Of a stretch of DNA of 64,000 bases, positions 40,310 to 51,514 are shown in pieces. The first letter of the stretch is position 1; each line of letters opens with the position of its first letter. Below the pieces are notes generated by a model, which ran no database searches, was not told the DNA's origin, and worked only from the letters and a program-made list of their open reading frames with translations. This DNA comes from Candidatus Poseidoniales archaeon (GTDB lineage Archaea > Thermoplasmatota > Poseidoniia > Poseidoniales > Poseidoniaceae): NCBI GenBank assembly GCA_019651595.1, contig BOYQ01000003.1:71627-135626 (forward strand), written 5' to 3'. A program made the translations under genes and the position numbers.

Positions 40310-40750
40310 ATGAAGACCCCTGTTGTTGCCGAAGCCCACTGTGATGCCCCTTGCGGTGTGTACGACCCTGCCAGCGCCCGAATCGCTGCAGAAGCCGTTC
40401 AATCCATGACCAAGAAGATGCTCGCCATGACCTGCCCCGACACCAGCGATGCCGGCGCCATGGCCGCCTACATGAACACCATGGCACGCTACGCAGCGGT
40501 CAAGGAAGAAGAGGCCCAGAAGTGCAAGGACGAACTCCTCGTTTTGTGGACGGACTTCTTCAAGCCGCAACACCTTGAATCCATCCCTGACCTTCACGAC
40601 ACCTTCTGGCACGCTGCCAAACTCTGTTCTGCCTGCAAAGTTGAGGTTTCGGCCGACCACGCCCAAGAGCTGATGGACGCTTGCGAGTCCATCCACCAAA
40701 TGTTCTGGTCTGCCAAGGGTCGGGACGTGCCGTTCATCCGTGCCTCTTGA
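40310..40750 (+). CDS. sodN: nickel-containing superoxide dismutase precursor (NiSOD)
   Basis: A short propeptide is followed by the Ni-hook 'HCDAPCGVYDPASARIAAEAV' (compare Streptomyces 'HCDLPCGVYDPAQARIEAESV'). 'LWTDFFKPQHLESIPDLH' corresponds to 'LWSDYFKPPHFEKYPELH'. Confidence 0.93.
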   Translation: MKTPVVAEAHCDAPCGVYDPASARIAAEAVQSMTKKMLAMTCPDTSDAGAMAAYMNTMARYAAVKEEEAQKCKDELLVLWTDFFKPQHLESIPDLHDTFWHAAKLCSACKVEVSADHAQELMDACESIHQMFWSAKGRDVPFIRAS

Positions 40751-40759
40751 GGGACTTCG

Positions 40760-41056
40760 ATGACAACCACCGTGGATGTTCGCATCCAAGGTGATAGCAT
40801 GTGGCCCACGCTCTGCGACGGGGACGTCGTTCCCATGCACCGAGTTGATCCGTTGTTGATTTCAGCGGGTGACATCGTGATGGCTCAACATCCACTGAAG
40901 CCCAGCGTTATGGTCGTGAAACGGGTGCTCCGCGTGGAATCCAACGGCGATCTGTTCCTCGTGGGGGACAACCCCGACCCGCTGGCAAGTGAAGATTCAC
41001 ACAATTTTGGTCCCGTCTCCAAATCCATGGTGCAGGCTCAATGGTTCGGTGAATGA
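40760..41056 (+). CDS. sodX: NiSOD maturation protease SodX (S26 signal-peptidase family)
   Basis: It has the 'GDSMWPTL' catalytic Ser motif and 'VVKRV...LVGDN', lies immediately downstream of sodN, and is 98 aa long. Confidence 0.8.
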   Translation: MTTTVDVRIQGDSMWPTLCDGDVVPMHRVDPLLISAGDIVMAQHPLKPSVMVVKRVLRVESNGDLFLVGDNPDPLASEDSHNFGPVSKSMVQAQWFGE

Positions 41057-41133
41057 TGGCGGGCCTGACGGGGTTCGAACCCGCGACCGACGGATTAAGA
41101 GTCCGTCGCTCTACCTGACTAAGCTACAGGCCC
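41057..41133 (-). tRNA. tRNA-Lys (anticodon CTT), 3' CCA encoded
   Basis: The reverse complement folds by hand. The acceptor stem is GGGCCTG/CAGGCCC and the D arm is GCTT..GAGC. The anticodon arm is ACGGA-CTCTTAA-TCCGT and the T arm is GCGGG-TTCGAAC-CCCGT. The discriminator is G, followed by CCA. Confidence 0.85.
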
Positions 41134-41154
41134 GTTTCCGCCTTTTGCCTCGTC

Positions 41155-41161
41155 TATTTAA
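41155..41161 (-). promoter_or_regulatory. TATA-box-like element (TTAAATA) about 25 nt upstream of tRNA-Lys
   Basis: The minus-strand reading is GCGTTAAATAGACG, with its centre about 25 nt from the tRNA 5' end. This is the canonical archaeal promoter spacing. Confidence 0.5.
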
Positions 41162-41192
41162 CGCTTGATGCACGAGGGTTGTGGAAACGCGT

Positions 41193-41949
<757 letters not shown>

Positions 41950-41978
41950 TTAGACCTTGAAGGGCCCGTCTTGAGGAC

Positions 41979-44900
41979 ATGAGCCCAACCGGTCGGGATG
42001 GCATGCTGGCCACCGGTTTGGTGCTTCTTTTCCTGCTGTCCTTGGTTCCAGCCGTTCACCCCATCCACGGTGAACCGCTCCAAGAGGCACCCGCTGAAGG
42101 CTTGGCGCCCCTCGGGCAACTCCAAACGCTGACCATCGGTTCGTGGCCCGACGGGGCCAACCAGCGCGTTGAGGTCAGCGTTCCTGACGGGTATGCCATC
42201 AAGTCGCTCGACCTTGATTTGGTCGCCGGAACCCTTCAGCAACCGATGGGAAGCGTTCTCACCGATGTCGGAGATTTTGACCGAAACAGTGTCTACGACG
42301 GCATGGATGTCAACAAATCCTCACTTCAAATTCTTCCCCAAGATTGGTCGTACGATTTTGAATCGGGCTCCTTTGGTCCGGAGTGGAGTCAATCGGGGAC
42401 GTCCAATTGGGCCGTGCGCGCCGACACGCGACTCGGTGGTGCGCAACTGGCCAAAGCAGGGACCATCAGCCACAACCAAGAATCGGGCATGACACTTGAC
42501 GTATCGCAGTTGCCGGCATCCACCGGAACGTTCCGCTACAGCGTCTCCTCGGAGGGCAGCTTCGACTACCTGCTCTTTTGCATTGACAACACCGGATGCA
42601 CTCGATACAGCGGCTACAGCTACCGCTGGTCCGGCACCGTGAACAACGGACTGCAAACCTTCTCTATCCCCGCCTCGGCTCAGACGCTGACCTGGAAGTA
42701 CACCAAAGATGGCAGCGTCAACTCGGGCTCGGACACGGCTTGGGTGGACGACATCATCATCACCCCCAGCGGTGGTTCCGGCAACGGCGAGGGCAACTGG
42801 ACGTCCGATGTCTTTGGCCCCTCGCTGCTGGGTCGAGGGGAAGACCTGGCCCACGGTTTGCTCCACATGGATGCCATGGTTTACCCAGGTTCGTTGTTTG
42901 AGTGGCAAGTGCTGGACGCCACCACCGCCTCGCCAGTGCCAGGGTTTGAACGTCTCACCTCGACCTGGGCTGACTTGGGGATGATCGACGCCGACGCCCA
43001 CCCCCTCCTCCGGTTCAAGGTTCACATGAAGGAAGCACCGGACGGTGAAACATCGCAAATTCGTAGTTGGTCGCTCAACGGCCATCTCCACAAATCGTTC
43101 GACACCGATCCGACCGATGAGGGGTGGACCGTGCAGGGCGGGAGTTGGTCGAACGGTGCCATCACCAGTTCCGGAACCGTGCTGTCCGACACCTACCACG
43201 TGCGGAGCGGTTTTTCCGCCATCGCGACCAACAGTTCGCACACGGGTGCCGGTGAGCTTCACTACAGCATCGACGGTGGTGTATCGTGGTCGGCCGTGGA
43301 CCCGGTCGGTCAAGAACAACTGAATCAGCCCGCCTACATGGTCCAGTTCCGGATGGTCAACGCCACCGGTGGAGGGACCTACACCTGGAGCGATTTCCAA
43401 GCGGAGTTGGTGCGAACGTCCGTCCCGGACGGTGTTCGCCTCGATGTCGGTCTTGACGGTGCAAACGAGTGGTCCTTGGACGGCATCGGGCACGGTGTTT
43501 TTGGTTTGCAAAACACGATGGTCACCGACGACCAATGGGTGCTGAAATCCGTTGAACCCGCCAACACGGCTTCGATGGAAGTCGCCGCTCCGGTCTCGGG
43601 CGTTGATGCGTTTTCCTTCGCTGTCGCCTCGCCTTCCGGGACGCTCCCAGTCCGTTTCTCGCCATGGCGGTGAACGGTCAGGACATTCTCAGCAGAAATT
43701 TACCAAACATCAACGACCTTTCGGTCGTCTCGCTCACTTCCAACGAACTCACCACGCTGAACAACGCCCTTTCTCAGGCTGAGCGTGAGCACGGGCCAGC
43801 CGGTCTGCCCATGGCCACCGTTGAGGTCCGCATCGGCTCATCGCTTTCATCCGAAGATCTGCTGTTTGGAGGCGTCTTTGCACCGTACGACGCCGAGGTC
43901 AGCATGGCGTTGAACGCGGGCCACCCGGTCGTGCTTGGATTAAACCACGCCCTCTCGTCCACGGTGCCCGTTCTGGGGCAACGAACGGTCTCCCTTCCAC
44001 TCCGACTTGATGGAACAGGATCGGTCGCCCTCGGCGTCATGGATTTGGAATCCCAGGCCTCGGTCAAGGCGCTCGACTTGGTGGTCAGCAACGTCACGGA
44101 CACGCTGGTGCCGGGGGTTGATTGGGTGGAATCCGTGGGGAGCTTTGATTTCGCACCGCTCGGAATCACCGACGCTCTGACCCACGCAAAACAATCCTCG
44201 TGGATGGTCGAACTCCACATCGCCGGTGCTCAGCAACAATCCAAACTCCGGTGTCCGGTAGCCTCGTTGCCCATCACCTCAACCTCTTTGGCAGCATGCA
44301 CGGCCTCAGGCACGGCGTTGTTGTGGTTTCGATGAGGGACACCTCCGGCTCTGTTTCGGTGGTGGGCTCGGGTCAATTCCTCGAAGTGAGGCACCACTTC
44401 CGGTTCCCTGACGGCTGGGACGATGAAGCGGCCGCCACCATGTCCGTGAGTCTGATCTCATCTTCAGGTCCGTTGTTGCCCGTCACCAAGGTCTTCGGCC
44501 TGGGTCTCGACAACGGTGTGGAAAACGACGTTGAAGTGAAGTCGTGGTCCGTCCTCTCCACCGGCGGCATCCGCTCGTCGCAAGACCACCCCTACCTGCG
44601 AGCCGGCGAAGTGGTCCATCTCGAGGTCGTCTTGGGTTTTGAAAACACAGCGGAAGGCCAACCACGCTCGGGTCAAACGCTGGTTCGTTTCTTGGTGGAT
44701 GGCAACGAATACGCCACCACCACCATTCTCGAAGACGGGGTCGCTCTCTTTCCTTTCACGGCGCCCATCGGCCGCCCTTCGGTCAACTTGGGCATCGAGG
44801 TGGTCCCGCTCCGTGGACAGAGCGTGGTCAATTCCATGCCGTTGGCCCTGGATTTCCTCTTCGACAACGTTCCGCCCACATTGATGGACCGCTCCGTTGA

Positions 44901-46970
44901 GCGGTTTGACAGCCGGGAGGTCGCACCAAGGGTACCGCTCACCTTCACGGTGGCTGACCGACCGCATCTTCCCACCCATGCCAACCTTCACTTGTGGCAG
45001 TCCTGGTTGAACGACGGCAACGGCAACGGGGTCATGGATGCGAATGAGGTGGTGGTACGGCCGCTGACGCTACCGGAAAACCTGACCCTTCTGATGGGCG
45101 ACTACTCGACCACCATCGACACTTCACAGGCGGTCGAGGGAGATTACTTCCTCGGGTGGATCGTGGTGGCCGACAGCGCCGGCCACATCATGGAGGACGG
45201 CGGTAGCATCAGCCAACCCATGTTTAACGTTCAACTGAACGAGAACGGAGCCCCCTCGCTCGGCGCCACCTCGTTGGGCTGGGCTAATGGCGAGAGCAAC
45301 CCCTGGCTCCATCCCCATGAAACCTATGAAATGCGAGTCCCTGTCTTTGAGCAGAACGGCATTTACGACCTCTCGGACATCGTCCTTGAACTCGCCGTGA
45401 ACACGGCCCAACCCGCCGCCATTCACTGGAATCAGAGCACGGGTATGTGCGCTCCATGGACCCTCACGTCGAGGTCGAATCCTGCGGTTTGGTCCCAGCC
45501 GACGCGGGTGATTTGTTCTCTCGAAACGGAGAATTCGTTGTTAACTTCACCATTGAATGGGGCTACGACCCTGACCTTTCTGCCGTTCGCATTCCTCAGA
45601 TCACGCTCCTCGACCACTCGGGTCAATCCAACCGGTTCATGCTCGAACCGCTCAGCTGGCGCTTCTCCGGTGAGCTGTCCATCGACCCAACATCCCTCCG
45701 CATTGACCTCCCCGGTGAAGAGAACAATTCGCTCGGCTATTGGGTGCAGCCACGGACCACCTTTGCGGTTGAGGGCAATGTGGTTTGGTACAGGACCGGT
45801 ACGCCCCCAACCCAATCGCTGGACATTGAATTGACGCTCGGTGAGAACAACCTCGAGGCGTCGGTTGTCAACGGTACGTTCAGCGGTATCATGCTCGCTC
45901 CCCTTTTGGACGGAACTTACGGCCTCTATGGTGATCTGCAAAATGCCCCCAATGGCGCCATCTATAGAGGTGAAGGTTCGGCCTTCGTCTGGTTCATTGT
46001 CGACAACCAAGCCCCTCGTGTGGCCGCCGTTGACCGACCGGGCTTCAACACCATGCTCGATGAAGAGGTGTGGAAGGACCTCCAGTTCGAGTTGCGTCTG
46101 GACGAAAACGCTCGACTGGACGAGTCCAGCCTTCGTCTTCACTGGTCCCTCAACGAAGCCGGTCTTGGCCTCAATTCCTATGTGTTTGACAACGGCAGCG
46201 TACCGCTTGAAATTCTCGGCGAACGCAAAAACGGCGATTCAATCCCCGTTCGCTGCACCCTTGATGTGGACGCGCTCATGATCCCCGCCTTCCGAACGAA
46301 GGCCGTTGAACTGCGTGTGTGGGTCACGGGCGATGACGAAGCGGGTTTGTCCATTGATTCGGTGTACAACGACATCAATGCGCCGCTTCGTGTCTGGAAT
46401 CTCGAGCAGCGCGTGCCTGTGTACAGCGTTTCAGACATCGAAATCAAACCCAACAGCGACATTCATCAGGGCGATCTAATCGAGGTTTCAGCGTTGATCA
46501 CCAACAGCGGTCTGGCCGACGGTGAGGCCAACGTGGTCCTGGAGCAAGTGGAATCCACCGGTGCCAGAACCCGACTTGAAGCAAGGGTGATTGATGTTCA
46601 AGCCGGTGACCAGTTCATCTATCAGTTCCTTTGGAAACCAGGACGGGACGGTTCGCAGTGGTTGGAACTCAGCATCATCAACGGTCCGAACGCCCAATCC
46701 GCCACCGTGCTGGTGGATGAACCTCGCTCAGACGGCGTATTTGGCACGATCTCCTCGGTGAACCCGGTTCTCCTGACCGTCGTGTTCTTGTTGACCGTGG
46801 GCTTGGTGGCCCTCTTGTTGTTCGGCCTCCGCCGAGAAGAGGTTCCAGTCCCTCCATCGGCTGGCGGTGTCCACCAGCGGCCCTCACAACCTCGCCCCGC
46901 ACCGCCCACGAGCGGCCCTTACGGAGGGCAGGACCAACCCCGCTCGCCCGGTGAAAACCCCTATCAGTGA
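41979..46970 (+). CDS. giant (about 1660 aa) secreted surface protein with signal peptide and C-terminal TM anchor; three frameshifts
   Basis: Fragments 41979-43673, 43664-44335, 44200-45834 and 45447-46970. The signal peptide is 'LATGLVLLFLLSLVPAVHP'. A lectin/jelly-roll-like block reads 'TLTWKYTKDGSVNSGSDTAWVDDIIITP'. The C-terminal TM 'VLLTVVFLLTVGLVALLLFGL' is followed by a Pro-rich tail. Confidence 0.7.
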
Positions 46971-47021
46971 GCCGGCGTCGACATGGGTGGCATTGAAATG
47001 CCATACGAACACCGGCAGGTC

Positions 47022-47324
47022 GGAGGGAGTAGGAGGACCGCTGACAGAGTTCGACTCTGAGGAAAGTCCCCTCTCCACAGTGCAGGCGGCTACCAGAAGG
47101 AAGCAAACAGAAATGGTTGGGTCAAGGCTGCAGAAACGAACGATGCAAGGTGTGTACAATGACGTTGAAAGACCGAGGTTGCCTTGTGGTCGATGAGACG
47201 AGCCACCCCGCCGGAGCAAGTCCAAACCGTCCCGTTGACTCGGCACGACGAGGGACAGGTAGGACGCACAGTTGAATGCGGTCACCGAAAGGGAACAGAA
47301 AGGGGCTTACTCCCTACTCCCTCC
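47022..47324 (+). ncRNA. rnpB: RNase P RNA
   Basis: The universal CR-I motif GAGGAAAGTCC lies at 47059-47069 and the CR-V-like ACAGAAAGGGGCTTA at 47295-47309. The terminal P1 helix pairs GGAGGGAGTAGG (47022-47033) with CCTACTCCCTCC (47313-47324). No credible ORF is present. Confidence 0.8.
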
Positions 47325-47326
47325 CC

Positions 47327-50199
47327 CTAATCTTCGACGGAGAAGTCACCGGGAAGAACAGCGTCCATCGCCTTCATCACGGTGGCATCGCCCATGGCGA
47401 CCCCTTCGCCGAAATCGATCCATGAGGGATGCCCGTTCAACTTCGCTCTTGTGACGTGCTCGGCCGTGAACACTGCAGGCAGCAAAAACGTGCTCGTGAT
47501 GAAGGCGAAGATGATGAGGAGGCACATCAGCATGAAGAAATTCTCCAGTCCGGGGAAGGCGGCGAGGAAACCAGCGGCGATGCCGGAGACGGTGGTGATG
47601 GTGGTTTCGAAAATCGTCTGTCCCGTTTCCTCAATGGCCGAGGCCATCCCGTGCGGTGTTTCTCCCTCCTCTCGTATTCGATGCATGACGTGGATGGAGT
47701 CATCGACACCGATGCCGAAGACGATGGTGCCGATCATGGCGGTGAAGATGTTGACGTTCACGTCCCCGCTTTGCATCAAGAGCGGCTGCCAGAGAATCAC
47801 AACGGCGACAGGCACCATGGTGTAGATGCCGAGCCTCGCCGAACGGAAGACAAACATCAGCAGAACCGTCAGCACGAGGAGCGTCAGCAGCGTGGTGGTG
47901 GATTGTGTGTCGTGGATGCCCTCGTTGATGTCAAGCGAAACCGGTAGCCCACCGGTGAGGAGGGACGTCCGGGTGTTCAGGAGCGTGGGGCCCTCGGCGA
48001 GAATGTCGTCAATTTCATCGCGTAGTTCGCCAGCCACGTTGAGGTTCATGTAGGGCTGGGAGACGTAAACGATGGCTTTGGTTCCACCTTCGTTCATGAG
48101 CATGGACCGCACTTCTTTGGACAAGGTGTCGAAGGCAACGTTGACCATGTCTTTGCGCAAAGCCTCCCGTTCAGCCAGTGGCACCAACGTCCAACCGGCG
48201 CAATTCAGGTCGGCTAAATCCTCGCTTTCCCAGCACGGGTCATGGAGCAGGTCCCACAGCGAGCCATCGCCGACGGTGACGCCCTCGGTGAGGGTGATCG
48301 TGGCGGGAACGGCTTTGAGGAACGTGATGATGCTGGTCGTGGAGGTCTCGTCGACCATGTCCACGTCCTGCTCCATCGCGTCGATGGAATCCAACACCGG
48401 CAGGTCCCGAATGTTGAGGGTGTTGTTGGTGTTGGGTCGCTGAGAAGCATCGTAGATGAACAGCGATGTCTGGCCGCTGCTGAACTGACGCGAATACTCA
48501 GCAAGTGAATTGAGCGATTCGATTCCATCGGGAGCCTCAGAAGAACCGGTGATCGGTTCGTTGAGCTCGTCGAGGTTAGCGACGCCGTAAGCCGTGATTG
48601 AACCGGCGAGGAGGATGATGATGAGGAACCCCTTGATGGGGGCTTGGCCGATGTTTTTCCAGACGCTGGGGTTACTACGTTTGTTGAATTTCAACAGCCA
48701 TGCCAGTGTCGGCACCAGCACGATGCTCAGGACCAAGGTGGATGAAATCCCGATGACCAGGGTGACACCGACCGAACGGATGGGGGCGATGGGCACGATG
48801 AGGGGGGCGATGAGAACGGAAAACCCGACGATGGTGGTCATGGCAGAGAGGAAGACGGCTACACCGGTTGAGCGAGTCATTTCCATCACGCACGACTTGT
48901 AGAAATTCAAATCCCAAAGATCAGGAACGGGTTGTTCGGGTTTCCCTCGTTTACGGCGCCGCTCGTTTTCATCGTGGGCTTTGTCAATTTCCTTTCGCCG
49001 GACTTCCTCAATGCGATTGACCATGTGGAGGGCGTAATCAACGCCCAAACCGATGAGAATTGGGAAGGTGGCGACGATCATGGGTGTGAGCGTGATGTCC
49101 ATGATGACGGACGAACCGAAGGTGATGGCCAGGGCCATCAGAATGGGTGTGCCGGTGATGACGACCACCTTTGCTGACCGGTGCAGAGCGGTGATGACCA
49201 AGACGGTGAAGAGAACCGACCAGGGTAAAATCATCAGCAGGTCTTCATAAATGGCGTCGGAGATGTCCTCGAGCACCTTGGTGAGGCCGGTGACCGTGAT
49301 GGTTTCGGTGTTCCTGTATTCCGACGGGCGGTTGTCGATGATGTCTTGAAAGTGATTCAACAGGGCCGAGAAGTCCGCCCAGTCGCCCGTGACGGACGGG
49401 TCATGGTGCATGCCGACCACGATGGCCGTGGTGTCCCATATGCCATCCCCGTCCATGTCGTTGGTGAAGTTGCCGTCGCCGTCGCTGTCAACGGTTGGGT
49501 CCATGTCGTTCGTGTCCTTGACAAGGGCCTCAAAGGCACCGTTGGATTCCTCGATGATTTGGTCGATTCGGTCTTGGTCTGGAATGGCGTATTCGCCGCC
49601 CTCAGGAAGAAGTTCACAGTCAAAAGCCAACGGTAAGCGATTGTTTACACCGTGCACACAAAGGGAGTTGTTGAAACGACCGTCGGCCGAATTGATCTCT
49701 TTGATGACTTGAGCGGGCGAGATGATCCACAACACGCCGTCGTTGGCGGCCGTGGTCGGTTTTTGTCAAAATCCATTCCACGGCTTGTTGAATCGCCTCC
49801 GATGTTTCGGTCATCACCCTCCAACCAGCTGATCTCGTTGAGCACGGCTTCGTCGGTGATGTTGGTGGTGTCGTTGGGATTGTTGGCGTTGGGCGTCGTG
49901 ATGTAGATCACGGCAAGGTCGGTGGACCATTCGGTTCGAACCTCGAGCAAAAGGTCGGTGGATGAGGCACCGTCGGGAAGGAAAATTTCCACGTCATCGT
50001 CGATTTGGTCCTGAAACGCCATCCCTTGTTGTGCAAACACAGCGCTGATGATGATGAACAACGCAAGGATGGTGCCTGGAGAGGCCAGAACCGTTGTGTA
50101 CAGCGCGTCAAGGCGTGCGTTGAACACTTGTTTCATGGACGCGGCGGACCGCTCCAGCGCTTGGCGCAGGCCGTCCAAGGCCGAGGCTTCGCTGTCCAT
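47327..50199 (-). CDS. RND-superfamily (MMPL/COG1033-type) exporter, one frameshift near 49750
   Basis: Fragments 49645-50199 and 47327-49735. There are two blocks of about 6 TM helices, each preceded by a large extracytoplasmic loop. The first loop contains a 'DSDGDGNFTNDMDGDGIWD' insert. Confidence 0.8.
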
Positions 50200-50260
50200 G
50201 ATGAGTGGAGTCCTCGGTGGCTCAAGAAGGATTCCGCTGGGCGGGTCCCGAAATGGGGCT

Positions 50261-51431
50261 TCAACAGGCGTCGTAAGCCTCGATGAGGTACTTCGTCAGC
50301 GGACTGGTCCATGCGAGTTCGGAGATACCGTCCTCGCCTTCAACCGCATAAACCCGAATGACGTCTCGAACCCGTACGTTGCCCTCCGCAGAGCGGCGCG
50401 AGGATCATGGCGGCTTTGACCGGTTTCCCGGTCCCGTGTGGGTCGTACACCGTGTCAAGGGCTTCTTCGAGGAACCACTCGGCCTTTCCGCCCGGTTCGC
50501 CTTCGTAGGTTTTCTTCGGTTTCTTGGCCCCGAACAGACCGCCCGTCTTTGGTTTACTCGGAGCCGGTTTGCTCTTTGCGGGGGCTGCCTTGGTGGTCGC
50601 TGCTGCTTTGCCGGTTGATTTTTTCTCCTTCGCAGGCTTCTTTTCTTGCTTTGGAGCCGGGGCGCTGGCGGCTTCTTCCTTGGCCTTTTCAATCGCTTTT
50701 TTGGCGTCGGTCAGTTGGTCTTCGAGATCTTGGATTTTATCACGGTAGGATGCAGCGAGGTGCATCAATGACGAGCGCATGGCCGCCTCAAGTTGGATGG
50801 TGAGCAAATGGGTGGAAGCGTCGCTCCACTTTCGCCACTGCAGCATGGCGTTGGCGTGGATGTCCGAGCCGCACTTCGGGCAAAATGCCTTGTTGGGCGG
50901 TTGCATGACGGGAACGGCTTGAAGCGCATCGTTGGCTGGGAGAAGGAGTCCTTGGGAAACCTTGAGCAACTCGAGGGTGGCGTTGCGGCCGAGGTCCATT
51001 GCGCCGGTGAACTGCTTGTCAAGTTTTTCGAACGCTCCGGCGTTCTTCAAATCGAGAAGTTTACTGTCTGCCATGGCAAGTTCAACAGCGGCATCTGCAG
51101 CGGCATCGTTCCATTGCGCACTTTGGAGGGCTGGGGCGACCTCGGAGGCCGCAGGGAGGCTGACGGTCTCATCAGCCGTTCCGTCGTCGTCCGCAGCCGC
51201 TGCGATGCCAAGGGCGATGGGGTCAGCACCGTCTTCGACCCTCGCAATCATGTCGAACTTCTCCGCCATGGAGAGGTCCTCACGGAGTCGAATCACGTCC
51301 TTGAGTTGGTTCAAATCGTGGCCCGTGGCGGTGATGGGTCCCTGTTGGGTGAGGTTGTGGCCGCACGACAAGCAAAATTTTGCTGTGACTTCGACACCTG
51401 CCTCGCACGTGGGACAATACACGCCGCCCAT
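50261..51431 (-). CDS. hypothetical double zinc-ribbon protein with Lys/Ala/Pro-rich (histone H1-like) segment; one frameshift near the 3' end
   Basis: It contains 'CPTCEAGVEVTAKFCLSCG' and 'CPKCGSDIH', a coiled segment, then 'KKPAKEKKSTGKAAATTKAAPAKSKPAPSKPK'. The natural-looking C-terminus 'GNVRVRDVIRVYAVEGEDGISELAWTSPLTKYLIEAYDAC' is in a shifted frame. Confidence 0.5.
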
Positions 51432-51514
51432 GCGAAGTGAACATCGAGTTACACCTTTTGAATGGTGTGTTGGATGGACGACAAAACCGTGGTGGTTTCC
51501 GTTCAATGCCCGCC

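Noticed and set aside
42321-43535. 404-aa minus-strand ORF inside the giant surface-protein gene
   Set aside because: It is antisense to a frame with a signal peptide and consistent beta-rich composition. Its own translation is Gly/Val/Arg-rich with no motifs, so it is a shadow ORF. The same applies to 45432-46142.
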